A DNA stretch of 64,000 nucleotides, taken from positions 4,157 through 68,156 of the forward strand of contig JAMDBQ010000006.1 of the NCBI GenBank assembly GCA_023487445.1, read 5' to 3'. This stretch comes from Candidatus Marsarchaeota archaeon (GTDB lineage Archaea > Thermoproteota > Thermoprotei_A > Marsarchaeales > Marsarchaeaceae). This document shows positions 1 to 10,215 of this stretch, piece by piece (positions within the stretch are counted from its first letter, which is position 1; every line of letters begins with the position of its first letter). A program made the position numbers and the translations under genes. Under the pieces are notes generated by a model that was given only the letters and a program-made list of their open reading frames with translations, did not search any database and was not told the origin of the DNA.

Positions 1-564
1 CGTCTCTTTCCCTAAGAACTCCTCTCTTAAGCGTCTTAGTAGCTTCTCAACAGTCTTGCGAGTCGATAAGAGTACATCCACACCATCCCGGTTTTCGGAG
101 TAGTCGTGGACGAAGTTTCTATCCTCCATGGAATTTAGTGTTGACTCTACCATTTCTGTCACATACATGTTCTCTCTAGGATTCATAGCTCGACCCTCAA
201 CCCTAACTTTCAACTCAAACAGATACCCCTTGTTTTTGGCGATTAAACAGTTTGTGCAAGTTGAGCGAATCAAGCCACCTATTTTCCTATTGACTCGTGG
301 GTGTCTGCCACCATAAATGGTGCGCTCGAAAATGCCCCGATTTGAGAGAAGTATACTGCCTCGAGAGGTAGAGACTAACATAGAGGAGAGGCCAGGATAG
401 ATACGCCACCTCCCTCCGATCTTTGCGGCCCCACACGTTCCGCAGTAGACTAAATCTTCTGTCTTAGTACGCAAACGGGCACTCTCCGTATAGCACTCGC
501 TACACATATTCCTTCTAGAAAAGTCGGGAGCAGTTTCCTTACCACAGCTCGGGCATTTAATCAG
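1..564 (-). CDS. nmd3: NMD3 family ribosome-export/biogenesis protein (3'-truncated by the window; probable CTG start)
   Basis: Absent from the ORF track. Manual translation gives (M)IKCPSCGKE..MCSECY..YCGTCGAAKIGGRW..TCTNC, the four CxxC pairs of NMD3. It follows aIF2beta-DUF424 and has GGAGGT 9 nt upstream of the CTG. Confidence 0.85.
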   Translation of the reverse strand, partial: MIKCPSCGKETAPDFSRRNMCSECYTESARLRTKTEDLVYCGTCGAAKIGGRWRIYPGLSSMLVSTSRGSILLSNRGIFERTIYGGRHPRVNRKIGGLIRSTCTNCLIAKNKGYLFELKVRVEGRAMNPRENMYVTEMVESTLNSMEDRNFVHDYSENRDGVDVLLSTRKTVEKLLRRLREEFLGKET

Positions 565-923
565 ATTCTGTAGACCTCCGCATACTTGGCTCCACCTAGA
601 TCGGATATGGCATAGGGGTCGACTAAACCAGCTTTAACCGCGGCTGCCACGATGTAAGAGCCTAGAAACGTTACCATCCCAGCCGCCGCAGCAGCGTCCA
701 GTGCATATTGCACACTGACCTCTTGGCCGCCGAAGTATTGAGGGTCAACTCTAAATCCAGTTCCTAAAGTTTGGCCAAGCAGCTCGCTTTCGCAGATAAC
801 CAAAATCGTTTTCCCCTCTGAAGTCACTTGTTTGAGCAGGACCCTGTTTTTAGACCCAGCTGCTTTCTTAGGCCTCTTTGGAGAGGCTACTGTGGAGCCT
901 TTACTGCTGACTCTGCCCCGCAT
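561..923 (-). CDS. DUF424 family protein (start uncertain)
   Basis: VICESELLG..FRVDPQYFGG..V..AVKAGLVDP pattern; conserved aIF2beta-DUF424-NMD3 context. Confidence 0.8.
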   Translation of the reverse strand: MRGRVSSKGSTVASPKRPKKAAGSKNRVLLKQVTSEGKTILVICESELLGQTLGTGFRVDPQYFGGQEVSVQYALDAAAAAGMVTFLGSYIVAAAVKAGLVDPYAISDLGGAKYAEVYRI

Positions 924-1315
924 GCCTCACACACCATGTAAACCACGCGAACCCTCTTTGTAAGCCTGGTATCAGGCCTCCCGCATGTTGGGCACTTGAC
1001 AAAGAAGTTCACGTATCTTTCCAAAAGTTGGTATACTTGAGTATCTGTAAACCTACCCTGTAATACCAACCTTCCGTCAGCGTCTACATAGCCAGCTGTG
1101 GCCAGATGTCTGACCACGAATTTCATTACATGACTAGGATCTCTTCGAAAAAGCTGGCATATTTCTTTGAAATTAAGAAGTATTATCTTATCCCCATCCT
1201 GACGCAAGTTCGGGGTTGGAACAGCAAACCACTCCCCTGTACCCGAATCGGACGGAACTTGCTTGTATAGATCGTCAAGTAACGCATTATAATCCTTATC
1301 TAACTGATTCATCAA
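887..1315 (-). CDS. eif2b: Translation initiation factor aIF-2 beta subunit
   Basis: NFKEIC..RDPSHVMKF..LATAG..LVLQGRF; CPTCGRPDT..CEACGA zinc ribbon. Confidence 0.95.
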   Translation of the reverse strand: MMNQLDKDYNALLDDLYKQVPSDSGTGEWFAVPTPNLRQDGDKIILLNFKEICQLFRRDPSHVMKFVVRHLATAGYVDADGRLVLQGRFTDTQVYQLLERYVNFFVKCPTCGRPDTRLTKRVRVVYMVCEACGAESAVKAPQ

Positions 1316-1551
1316 GTAAGATGCTACATATGAGAATATAAGGCTTACATGGCCGTTTGCGCCAGATTCCTGAGTTTCTCCTATTCCGTCGAAACAAATT
1401 CGTCATAGTGCTAGTTGGCGCTTGCATTCAACTAAAAAAAACCCGAGTTAGTTAAGTTCTACACGAGATTTTAGTGCATGAGACCCAGTATATACATATG
1501 TCACGAAATCGTAACATCAACAAATGCTTATAATTAGGACACAAAAGACAC

Positions 1552-3321
1552 GTGCCCATGCAAAACCTAACCCTTACGAAAATCCTTACTCTGATAATCG
1601 CTACATGTGTGATTCTGACACCAACGTTTTCCATCGCAACAACCGCCCAAACCACCACATCCAACTCCAACACGTTTATACTCGGATATGGGGGCACGCC
1701 GTTTGACACATTCAATCCGTTCACAACCTATACGGTAGTTTCAACAATGTCCACAATCGACGTGTACGACACACTTGTGAAACTTACTCCAAACTTTTCA
1801 AACCCCGTACCCGATCTAGCCTATAAGTGGACTATTTACCCGAACAACTCTGCGGCGGTTTTCTACTTAGTTAAGAACGCAACTTGGTCGGACGGGGTTC
1901 CAGTAACAGCACAAGACGTGGTATACAGCTATGAGCTCGCTTCAAACAACGTGTCGAGACTCCAACCCAACGTAGCACCAATAATATCAGTGGAGGCGAT
2001 AAATAACTACACCGTTGAGATCCATTATCATCCGACGCTTTTGTTGATTAACAACATTATTTCTCAGGTCCCTATAGTTCCAAAGCATGTGTGGGAAAAG
2101 TATGTTCCAGATCCGCTCAATGCGACCGCGCTTAGCGATTACCAAGACTACCCGCTAGTTTCAAGCGGACCCTTCACTGTATCCCAATATGTTCAAGGCC
2201 AGTACATCGAGTTGACTGCCAACCCACACTATTTCTACAAGACAAGAGAACCTCACATCAAAAACATCGTCATACAGTTCTTCAAGGACTCAAATACAAT
2301 GGTAGCCGCGCTTGAGTCGGGCCAGATAGACGCAGTCGCGCCCACAATACAACCTGCGCAGATTTCGTCACTCGAAAGTGGTTATCCCAACATCAAGGTT
2401 GTGGTTGAACCAGGAGAAGAGCTGTGGTACATAGGCGTGAACGTCTACCCTTATGGCCACGGTAACCCCACCCTTAAGGATTTACAGGTCAGAAAGGCGC
2501 TTGCCTACGCAATCAACACAACCGAGCTTGCCCAGGTAATTTGGAGGGGGTACGCCACTCCGGCCGCAGGCCTTCTCCCCGTTGGGAACGCCTACCACGA
2601 CCCCAACCTCAAGCCCTATCCCTTCAACCTTACACTTGCCAACCTAACACTTGAAGAAGCAGGCTACAAAATGGGTCCCAACGGGATAAGGGTAAGCCCC
2701 AACGGCGTTCCGCTTTCCTACACATTATACGTGATCAACAGTGACCCAGAGGAAATCCAAGCCGCTAATATCGTTGCAGGATGGTGGAAACAGATAGGAG
2801 TTCAGGCAAACGTGGTGCCCGAAGACGGGGGGGCCCTTGCAAATATAATCTGGCCAAATTTCACTCAAGACTTCGATCTGTGGGATTGGTACACGAGTCC
2901 TGCGGTTCCAACACTCCTTTCGGTGTTTCTTGCCAACCAGACCGAAACCGGGATCTCTGACAGCGGCTACAACAACTCAAGCTACGACAAACTGTACGGC
3001 CAAATGCTTACCGCCACATCTCAGGCCCAGTTGAAGGAAGACGCCTACCAGCTTCAGGCAATGCTCTACAACGACCTGCCTTACCTCATGCTGTACTATG
3101 TGGACAGCATTGAAGCCTATAATACGCATTTTTCGGGACTCTACACTAACATGACCGGTGGACCTTTCTCTGACGTGAACTGGCTTACCTTCCTAGATCT
3201 GCAACCCGCGCATACATCATCGACAACCTCTAGCGACGTTGTTCCACTGGCCGGGGCACTAGTCGTCGCCATCGCAGTGATCTCCATAGCTCTTTACTTA
3301 AAGAGGAGAGGCTCCACATAA
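1552..3321 (+). CDS. ABC peptide transporter substrate-binding protein (SBP family 5) with C-terminal membrane anchor
   Basis: Signal peptide; PDLAYKW..ATWSDGVPVTAQDV; SGPF..YVQGQYIEL; S/T linker plus C-terminal TM helix. Confidence 0.93.
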   Translation: MPMQNLTLTKILTLIIATCVILTPTFSIATTAQTTTSNSNTFILGYGGTPFDTFNPFTTYTVVSTMSTIDVYDTLVKLTPNFSNPVPDLAYKWTIYPNNSAAVFYLVKNATWSDGVPVTAQDVVYSYELASNNVSRLQPNVAPIISVEAINNYTVEIHYHPTLLLINNIISQVPIVPKHVWEKYVPDPLNATALSDYQDYPLVSSGPFTVSQYVQGQYIELTANPHYFYKTREPHIKNIVIQFFKDSNTMVAALESGQIDAVAPTIQPAQISSLESGYPNIKVVVEPGEELWYIGVNVYPYGHGNPTLKDLQVRKALAYAINTTELAQVIWRGYATPAAGLLPVGNAYHDPNLKPYPFNLTLANLTLEEAGYKMGPNGIRVSPNGVPLSYTLYVINSDPEEIQAANIVAGWWKQIGVQANVVPEDGGALANIIWPNFTQDFDLWDWYTSPAVPTLLSVFLANQTETGISDSGYNNSSYDKLYGQMLTATSQAQLKEDAYQLQAMLYNDLPYLMLYYVDSIEAYNTHFSGLYTNMTGGPFSDVNWLTFLDLQPAHTSSTTSSDVVPLAGALVVAIAVISIALYLKRRGST

Positions 3322-3322
3322 A

Positions 3323-4294
3323 GTGGGAATGGGCAGATACGTGATCAAGAGGGCGGCATCATCCGTCCTAACCTTTTTCGTAACCGTGGCCCTCACCTTC
3401 GTTCTCTTCAGATTGCTTCCAGGAAACCCGGTTCAACTATTATTCAGGAACCCAGAGCTTACTCAAGCAGAGATACGTGAACTCAGCACACAGTTCGGCC
3501 TTAACAAGCCTCTATGGCTCCAATTCATCCTTTACATAAGGAATGTTTTTCTAGGCAACTGGGGCATTTCATTTTATTATAGGTCACCCGTAACAGAGGT
3601 GCTGTTTCCCGCCCTGCTGAACTCTGTTATCTTGATTCTTCCTGCAACAGTTCTTGCGATTGTTATAGGTGCCGGCCTCGGGGTATTGGCGGGCTGGAAG
3701 AGGGGTTCATATACAGACGTGGGGGTATTGTCGTCATCGCTTGTACTCTACGCGATACCAACGTTTTGGCTTGGTATCCTTCTTATTATGATCTTTGTTA
3801 AAGTTGGTGGCTTGCCGGTTTCGGGGATGGTGTCGATAACCGCCGTTAACGGTCCGCCCCTTCAATATCTTGTAAGCGTTTTACGCCACATGATTCTTCC
3901 AATGCTCACTCTTACGCTAGTGACTCTCGGGCAATTCACGATAATCATGAGGAGCAGTATAATAGGGGAACTAACCGAGGACTACGTCGTAGCAGCTTAT
4001 TCCAAGGGTTTAACCAGCAGCTGGCTTCTTCGTAAACACGTTGTACCCAACGCCCTTCTTCCAACTATTTCGATAATCGCAATAAGCATAGGAACGGTAG
4101 TAGCCGGCGCAGTGTTGACTGAAACTGTTTTTTCGTGGCCGGGCGTGGGTTCACTTATATATGACTCGATTTTCAGGAGGGATTATCCTGTACTACAAGG
4201 AGCGTTTCTGATTATTGCTCTGTTCGTGATCGCCGCGAATTTTGTTGCGGACATCATGTATGCCTATCTTGACCCAAGGGTGAAATACAGCTGA
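3323..4294 (+). CDS. dppB: ABC peptide transporter permease (DppB/OppB-like)
   Basis: FGLNKPLWLQF; EDYVVAAYSKGL; ETVFSWPGVG; LDPRV. Confidence 0.93.
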   Translation: MGMGRYVIKRAASSVLTFFVTVALTFVLFRLLPGNPVQLLFRNPELTQAEIRELSTQFGLNKPLWLQFILYIRNVFLGNWGISFYYRSPVTEVLFPALLNSVILILPATVLAIVIGAGLGVLAGWKRGSYTDVGVLSSSLVLYAIPTFWLGILLIMIFVKVGGLPVSGMVSITAVNGPPLQYLVSVLRHMILPMLTLTLVTLGQFTIIMRSSIIGELTEDYVVAAYSKGLTSSWLLRKHVVPNALLPTISIIAISIGTVVAGAVLTETVFSWPGVGSLIYDSIFRRDYPVLQGAFLIIALFVIAANFVADIMYAYLDPRVKYS

Positions 4295-5160
4295 GGATTC
4301 GCGCAAACAGCGTATTTGACGCCTTAACACACAGCTCGAAGGGGCTAGTAGGCCTATCAATACTCATAGTGATGGTGTTGATGGCGATCCTTGCCCCGTA
4401 TATTTCACCTTACAACCCCAACCAGATTGATCCTAACGCCATTTTGCAAGGGCCATCCTTTCACCATCTCTTGGGGACAAACGAGGTCGGCCAAGATATT
4501 CTCTCGCTTGTAATATGGGGTTCAAGAGTGTCGCTTCTTGTGGGGTTCCTAGCCACGGCGGTAGCGATAACCGTGGGAACCACAATTGGAGTGGCAGCAG
4601 GCTACTTCGGCACAGCGGCAGACGAAGTGTTAATGCGGCTCACAGACTTCTTCCTTGTTGTACCTGCAGTTGTGCTCGCTATCATCGTGGCGGCTCTGCT
4701 TGGCAATTCCCTGCTTAACGTTGTCCTGATAATCGGGCTTCTGAGCTGGCCACCCACAGCCAGAATAGTTAGGTCATCAACCTTGGTGTATAAACACGCC
4801 CCATTCGTGGAAGCCAGTAAAGTTGCAGGGGCAAGCAGCATCCACATTCTAAGAACACATATACTCCCCAACGTTATGCCGCTTGTATATGCCAACACCG
4901 CCCTAACAATTGCGAATGCGATATTTACACAGTCAGCACTCGTCTTCCTAGGGGTCGGCGACATAAACAACATAAGCTGGGGCCAAACGCTGCACTTTGC
5001 ATATTCATCGGGAGCAATAACAGCGGGAGACTACTGGTACGCAATACCTCCCGGCTTAATGATTGTATTGGCCGTTCTCGGGTTTGCTCTTGCAGGTTAT
5101 TCATTGGATGAAGCCTTTAACCCCCGATTGAAAGGAGGCTCAGTCTTTGGCTCTGCTTGA
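4291..5160 (+). CDS. dppC: ABC peptide transporter permease (DppC/OppC-like); probable CTG start at 4291
   Basis: HLLGTNEVGQDIL; FVEASKVAGAS; HILPN. The in-frame CTG overlapping the dppB stop restores the first TM helix; the ORF-track start at 4369 falls inside that helix. Confidence 0.9.
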   Translation: MRIRANSVFDALTHSSKGLVGLSILIVMVLMAILAPYISPYNPNQIDPNAILQGPSFHHLLGTNEVGQDILSLVIWGSRVSLLVGFLATAVAITVGTTIGVAAGYFGTAADEVLMRLTDFFLVVPAVVLAIIVAALLGNSLLNVVLIIGLLSWPPTARIVRSSTLVYKHAPFVEASKVAGASSIHILRTHILPNVMPLVYANTALTIANAIFTQSALVFLGVGDINNISWGQTLHFAYSSGAITAGDYWYAIPPGLMIVLAVLGFALAGYSLDEAFNPRLKGGSVFGSA

Positions 5161-6112
5161 GGTAAAGCATGTCTCAGTCAGCTTTTCAATTCGGTCGTCA
5201 CAGCTGAAGGCGGTCGACAACGTCGACCTAAGTGTGAAAAGCGGAGAAGTAATGGGAATCGTAGGTGAATCTGGAAGCGGGAAGTCGACTTTGGGTTACT
5301 CCATACTGAAACTGCTTCCTAGGAACGCGGCTATTGAAGGGAAAGTCGAATATCGGGGACTAGACCTCTACACCTTGAACGAGCTGGAAATGCGCAAGAT
5401 AAGGGGCAAAGAGATCGCCATGGTTTTCCAAGGATCTATGAATTCGTTAAACCCTTTAATCAAGATTGAAAGACAGGTTGCGGAACCCATAATAGTCCAC
5501 AATCGCCTTGGCTTTTCCGAGGCACTTTCAAAGGCCCGCGAGACACTTGAAAAGGTGGGCATTGACCCCAGCAAGGGAGAAAGTTATCCCCACGAGTTAA
5601 GCGGCGGCTTGAAGCAGAGGGTTGCTGTGGCTATCGCCTTAGCCGCTAATCCGAGCCTCCTCATAGCCGACGAGCCAACCACGGCTTTGGATGTAATGAC
5701 TCAGGCCCAGCTAATGGATCTGCTAAAAACTCAGTGCAGACAGCACAACATGGCTATGATCCTTATTTCTCACGACATCGCCCTGATATCAGAATCATGT
5801 GACTCAATTGCAGTGATGTATGCGGGGAGAGTAATAGAATCTGGACCCGCGCAGAGAGTCATTCATAACCCCATTCATCCATACACGAGAGGGTTGCTAG
5901 CCTCCATACCCTCTATTCAGGACGTTGGTAAACACAGGGAATCGATACCAGGCGACCCACCTGACCCGTTCGATTTACCTGCAGGCTGCAGATTTCGACC
6001 ACGGTGTAGCTTCGCCACAGAGGCTTGCTCTTCATATGATCTGGCGTCTTTTCAGGCCGAAAAGGACCATTTCGCCTCATGTTTAATGGTGCGGGGTGGA
6101 CAACATGGATGA
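5147..6112 (+). CDS. dppD: ABC peptide transporter ATPase (DppD/OppD-like)
   Basis: GESGSGKS; YPHELSGG; ADEPTTALD; HPYT; C-terminal Cys cluster. Confidence 0.95.
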   Translation: MALLEVKHVSVSFSIRSSQLKAVDNVDLSVKSGEVMGIVGESGSGKSTLGYSILKLLPRNAAIEGKVEYRGLDLYTLNELEMRKIRGKEIAMVFQGSMNSLNPLIKIERQVAEPIIVHNRLGFSEALSKARETLEKVGIDPSKGESYPHELSGGLKQRVAVAIALAANPSLLIADEPTTALDVMTQAQLMDLLKTQCRQHNMAMILISHDIALISESCDSIAVMYAGRVIESGPAQRVIHNPIHPYTRGLLASIPSIQDVGKHRESIPGDPPDPFDLPAGCRFRPRCSFATEACSSYDLASFQAEKDHFASCLMVRGGQHG

Positions 6113-7094
6113 CACTATTTTGGAAACAAGCGCCGTGACCAAGCTTTTTCCTTTGAGGCGTTCACTAACCCACGTTCTACTGCGCCGCCCACTACAATAT
6201 ACTCATGCCGTTGAAAGGCTGAGCATCAAGATAAAGAAAGGGGAAATAGTTGCCCTCGTAGGGGAAAGCGGTTCGGGCAAGACCACCGCCGGTCGTTTAA
6301 TGATTGGTCTCGAGCGACCCTCCGCTGGCGAGGTAATTTTCAGAGGCGAAAGGATTGATCAGCTAACCCCTAAACAAATGAAGCCGTTAAGGAGGAATCT
6401 GCAGATGGTGTACCAAGACCCGTACGCGTCGCTTAATCCCAAGCTCAGAATCAAGGACACTCTTTTAGAACCCCTTAAAGTGAATGGTTTGGAACATAGT
6501 GATGGAGTGCTTTTAGAGTACCTTACTATGGCGGGATTAAGGCCCCCTGAAAAATTTCTTTATAGATACCCGCACGAGTTAAGCGGCGGTCAACGGCAAA
6601 GGGTGTGTATCGCAAGAGCAATGGTTCTTAACCCCGAATTTGTGGTGGCCGATGAACCCGTATCGATGCTAGACGTTTCCATGAGGTCTGAAATACTGAA
6701 CGTTATACGGAGGTTCAACAATCAGGAAAAAACTTCATTTCTGCTGATAACGCACGACCTGGCGGTAGCAGCCCAGATCGCTGATAGGGTAGCGGTCATG
6801 TATCTGGGCGCACTCGTTGAGGAAGGACCCACGCAACAGGTTCTAAACCATCCACTTCACCCATACACCAAAGCGCTTATGTCGGTTGTCCCGCGGGTCG
6901 GCGGTTCAGATCAAGAAAAAATAGTACTAAAAGGCGAGGTTACCGATGCCCGTGACATCCCTCAGGGGTGCAGATTCCATCCAAGATGCCCCTATGCGTT
7001 TGATGTCTGCAGAACCGACGCGCCGCAGGCGTCAAGTATAGAAGGGCACCTAGTTGAGTGTCACCTAGCCACCACTATTCAAGGTAACCGGTAG
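6096..7094 (+). CDS. dppF: ABC peptide transporter ATPase (DppF/OppF-like)
   Basis: GESGSGKT; QDPYASLNP; LSGGQRQR; GCRFHPRCP. Confidence 0.95.
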   Translation: MDNMDDTILETSAVTKLFPLRRSLTHVLLRRPLQYTHAVERLSIKIKKGEIVALVGESGSGKTTAGRLMIGLERPSAGEVIFRGERIDQLTPKQMKPLRRNLQMVYQDPYASLNPKLRIKDTLLEPLKVNGLEHSDGVLLEYLTMAGLRPPEKFLYRYPHELSGGQRQRVCIARAMVLNPEFVVADEPVSMLDVSMRSEILNVIRRFNNQEKTSFLLITHDLAVAAQIADRVAVMYLGALVEEGPTQQVLNHPLHPYTKALMSVVPRVGGSDQEKIVLKGEVTDARDIPQGCRFHPRCPYAFDVCRTDAPQASSIEGHLVECHLATTIQGNR

Positions 7095-7302
7095 ATAAAG
7101 AAGTTTGAACAAATTCTACGAAGAGGTGCAGACAAACCACGAATCCTTCGCGCCAAGTATTGTCTTCTACTCAACGCGCGTCTATATGTGAGCCACCCAT
7201 TTGGGCTGAGAAGACGAGGTACCGCATTACTCTATTAAAACTTCGGAGGAGGACCTGCTACACGTATTTAGGATGAACACGTCGTAGGCAGCTGACGAAA
7301 AA

Positions 7303-7404
7303 TGCGGGGAGTGGGATTCGAACCCACGCAGCGCTTCCGCACGAGGTCCTAAGCTTCGCGGGCATCCGCCACTCGCGCCTTTGACCAAGCTCGGCCATCC
7401 CCGC
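7303..7404 (-). tRNA. tRNA-Leu(TAG) with 17-nt intron at non-canonical position 30/31 (7355-7371)
   Basis: GCGGGGA acceptor stem, long variable arm, GTTCGAATC. Removing TGGCGGATGCCCGCGAA restores CGAGG-CTTAGGA-CCTCG; perfect BHB motif. Confidence 0.93.
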
Positions 7405-7472
7405 ACCCCTCTTGGTACGGACATTTATTTATAAAGACAACTGACTTCGTGTAGGCAGCGTAGAGTCAGAGC

Positions 7473-7820
7473 TTAAGGGTGCTGAACCTTCATAACTTTA
7501 TAGTGGTTTGAGTCGTCTTTATAGACTAACCATAGCTCATCCACGTCGAAAAACGGTTGGCAGATAACAGTTTTCTTGACGCCTTCCTGATGCATGTGCT
7601 TCATAGCGTAGTCGTTTGTGTGCTTAAACGTTTTACATTCCACCACGGTTAACTCCTTATCTTCTGAGGACGCGCATACGTCCGTAGTTTTGGAGCCGAG
7701 GGCAGCTTCCACACGAATGGCGTCCTTCGAAAATCCTTCTCTGATAAGCTCCTCCACAACTACTTTTTGAAGCGTCCTATGGGATATAGAACAGGGTCTG
7801 ACGCCCGATTCTCTGCTCAT
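7473..7820 (-). CDS. Small PD-(D/E)xK nuclease-like protein
   Basis: H..LQ..V helix, RVE, TTDV and VVECKT in PD-(D/E)xK spacing. Confidence 0.6.
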   Translation of the reverse strand: MSRESGVRPCSISHRTLQKVVVEELIREGFSKDAIRVEAALGSKTTDVCASSEDKELTVVECKTFKHTNDYAMKHMHQEGVKKTVICQPFFDVDELWLVYKDDSNHYKVMKVQHP

Positions 7821-7891
7821 AGGGTGAGAATGGTCATTCGTCTTAATATAAGCTGTTCCAGAGTGTAAGCAGGTTCAAGACGCTTTAATAC

Positions 7892-8632
7892 ATGTGCATG
7901 AACGCTAGCTATGTGTTCGATCTAGGTATATTCCTAGCGGCGGCCGGAATAACTATGCTTGAACTCGCGGAAGCTTCGGCCGTCGGCCTCACACTTTATG
8001 CAGAGCAAAAAGATTCCAAGGCATTCCTGTTCGTGAGTCTTGGTGTTCTAGTTGTGTTAATACCTACCGCACTTGTAGGTAATTTGATCGCGCTTCTGCC
8101 AATAACACTGGTTCGGGTCCTAGCCGCCACGCTTCTCCTTTACTTTGGCATAAGGCTAACGCGTAGCGCGAGAAGAGCAGTTCTGAGGAGTCGACAAGGA
8201 TCCAAGTTCCAGGCAAGCCACCAGGAAAATGACAAGGGACTGATGTCAACGGGCTTCTCGGTTGGTGCAATAGAGGCCTTCGAGGCCGCTATAGTTCTGG
8301 TCGCGCTTTTACCCAACAACTATACCTCTACAATCTACGGACTACTAACAGGGATAGCGGTTGTAATCATCGCCACATACTCTCTTAGGACACAGGTTAG
8401 GAAGGTCAAACAGGCAAGCATGAAAGTGGTGGTTGCGGCGTTACTTCTTTCGTTCTCACTGTTCTGGTATTCCGAGGTTGCCGTAAACATCAGCGACCTA
8501 GCGCTGATACCTCTTTTCATAGTATTCTTCTTTATCGTACGAGGGATAGCAAACAGAGGCGTCGCTACTACGGTAACCCCTCAAACGTCAACTCAACCCG
8601 ACACATCCGACGCCACCTTAACCAAGCATTGA
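7892..8632 (+). CDS. Integral membrane protein with duplicated ExxEA motif (COG4280/FTR1-like, possible metal transporter)
   Basis: Two halves with LELAEAS and IEAFEAA motifs; about 7 TM segments. Confidence 0.7.
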   Translation: MCMNASYVFDLGIFLAAAGITMLELAEASAVGLTLYAEQKDSKAFLFVSLGVLVVLIPTALVGNLIALLPITLVRVLAATLLLYFGIRLTRSARRAVLRSRQGSKFQASHQENDKGLMSTGFSVGAIEAFEAAIVLVALLPNNYTSTIYGLLTGIAVVIIATYSLRTQVRKVKQASMKVVVAALLLSFSLFWYSEVAVNISDLALIPLFIVFFFIVRGIANRGVATTVTPQTSTQPDTSDATLTKH

Positions 8633-8770
8633 ATACTCAACCGGCGACCACCGATCAACCTCAAGCCACGAATCGACGCGGCATCTACGTGGAAAATTTC
8701 CCATATGCAATAAATCAAGTTTGTTGATGCGGTTCCTCATCTGCCCAATGTATAAAAGATTCATGGGTAA

Positions 8771-9736
8771 TTATTCAAGGTGAGAAGGGGCCAAATAGTA
8801 CACCAGCTTAACCGCTCCTTGAGAGTAAGGCACAGGTACAACGTACTCAGCAATAAGCGGCGTGTCCTTGCCAAATGAGATTGTGATGGCATTGGCCGAG
8901 GGTGTTCCTGCAATGAGCTTAATCAAGTCCGTGTACCGGTAACTGGATTCGACAGCCCCATTCTCGGGGAGGGACGCCCTAACCGCGTTCAACCGCATTT
9001 CAAGGCTTTCATTGCCATTGCTTACGTGTAAACTGATGTGTTCGCTTCCCGCTGTGGCTGCAAATGTAACTGCGCCGTAAGGCCACCTAGAAAAAGCTCT
9101 TAGCGCAGACATCAGCTCATTTAGAAAAATCTTCGCTGACACAGTGGTAGGCACATCAATTTCGCCGAATCCATACGTCTCAGACTCCTCCGAAACCATT
9201 TCTATCCTTTCATTCTTAAGCGTCAATGAAACCGAGTAGCTACGGGGGACTACCGACTCATCCTTAACCTTGACTTCGATGGCTACGGTCTGGTTGCCGG
9301 CCGCCCTGAGTCGCTCAACCCATCTACCAATGGGAAGCCTGATCCGCAGATCGCCAGTGTCGCTAAGCCGGTACGAATGCATCGCCTCAACTGGCACGTT
9401 CATACACGCTAGGACCACGTGCCGCGCGTCCATCTGTTTCACTTCGAACCCCTTATCGGTGAACAGCAGCTCAACCTCGTCGCTGTGAAGTGCAAGCGAA
9501 ACATGCCTAAGTATGTTTCCGAACTGAGACGCGGAGGGAAATACGAAGAAAACACGGTTTTGGCCCACCGCCCGGGGCGGATCACCACCATCTCTTTGCA
9601 TCTCTCTACTGTCTACGAAAGATGATTGAACAACCCCTTCAGCCGCACTCTTATCCAAGCCTCCCTCAACGGCTTCTTGGGCTTTCCCAACCGAGTCCGC
9701 GCTGTAATTCAAGTGTTGGTCAACCAAATCAGTCAC
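8771..9736 (-). CDS. pcn: Divergent PCNA (sliding clamp) homolog with N-terminal extension
   Basis: FPSASQF..LFTDKGFEVKQMDARHVVL..P..MHSY; FGKDTPL; KLVYYLAP. Alternative ATG start at 9601. Confidence 0.85.
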   Translation of the reverse strand: MTDLVDQHLNYSADSVGKAQEAVEGGLDKSAAEGVVQSSFVDSREMQRDGGDPPRAVGQNRVFFVFPSASQFGNILRHVSLALHSDEVELLFTDKGFEVKQMDARHVVLACMNVPVEAMHSYRLSDTGDLRIRLPIGRWVERLRAAGNQTVAIEVKVKDESVVPRSYSVSLTLKNERIEMVSEESETYGFGEIDVPTTVSAKIFLNELMSALRAFSRWPYGAVTFAATAGSEHISLHVSNGNESLEMRLNAVRASLPENGAVESSYRYTDLIKLIAGTPSANAITISFGKDTPLIAEYVVPVPYSQGAVKLVYYLAPSHLE

Positions 9737-10123
9737 CCGTTCTAAACCCTAGACCACCCAACATCCACCAGCCCAGATCTGAAAACCGCCTCCCTACTGT
9801 TGAGGCGTCAAAACCGAGACCCGCAAATTCGAAGCCTGAACTGGTCCGAGGCCGTCTCCGCGCGTCTTCTGTCAACATGTATATTTCTGCTTGCAAACCT
9901 TAACTAGTTAATTGACGGCTACCGCTACGATCAGGTGATCATGCCTGCCCGAGCTTGATGCACTATTTGGATGAATGTTTGATACACGTTGTATCTGTTG
10001 ATGCACTTAACGGCTCAACAATGGGTTCTCTGACCGAGAAGAAATTGAACCCCGTCACCGTCTTTGATCGCTGTAGCCAAGCGCGTTGTTATGGGCCCAT
10101 GAAATTCTAACCCTAGAGGCTAG

Positions 10124-10215
10124 TGCCTCAGCGGGGATTTGAACCCCGGTCCCCAGCTTTTTCTGCCAAATGGCTCGAGAGGCTGGGATACTTGACCTGG
10201 CTATACGACTGAGGC
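10124..10215 (-). tRNA. tRNA-Glu(CTC) with 17-nt intron at 37/38 (10159-10175)
   Basis: GCCTCAG/CTGAGGC acceptor; CCAGC-CTCTCG^A-GCTGG anticodon arm; GGTTCAAATCC. Confidence 0.93.

Noticed and set aside
7227..7424. ORFs overlapping RNA genes (also 10055-10441, 20634-21005, 35131-35337, 35458-35664, 43007-43270)
   Set aside because: Explained by tRNA or SRP genes; the translations show no protein features.
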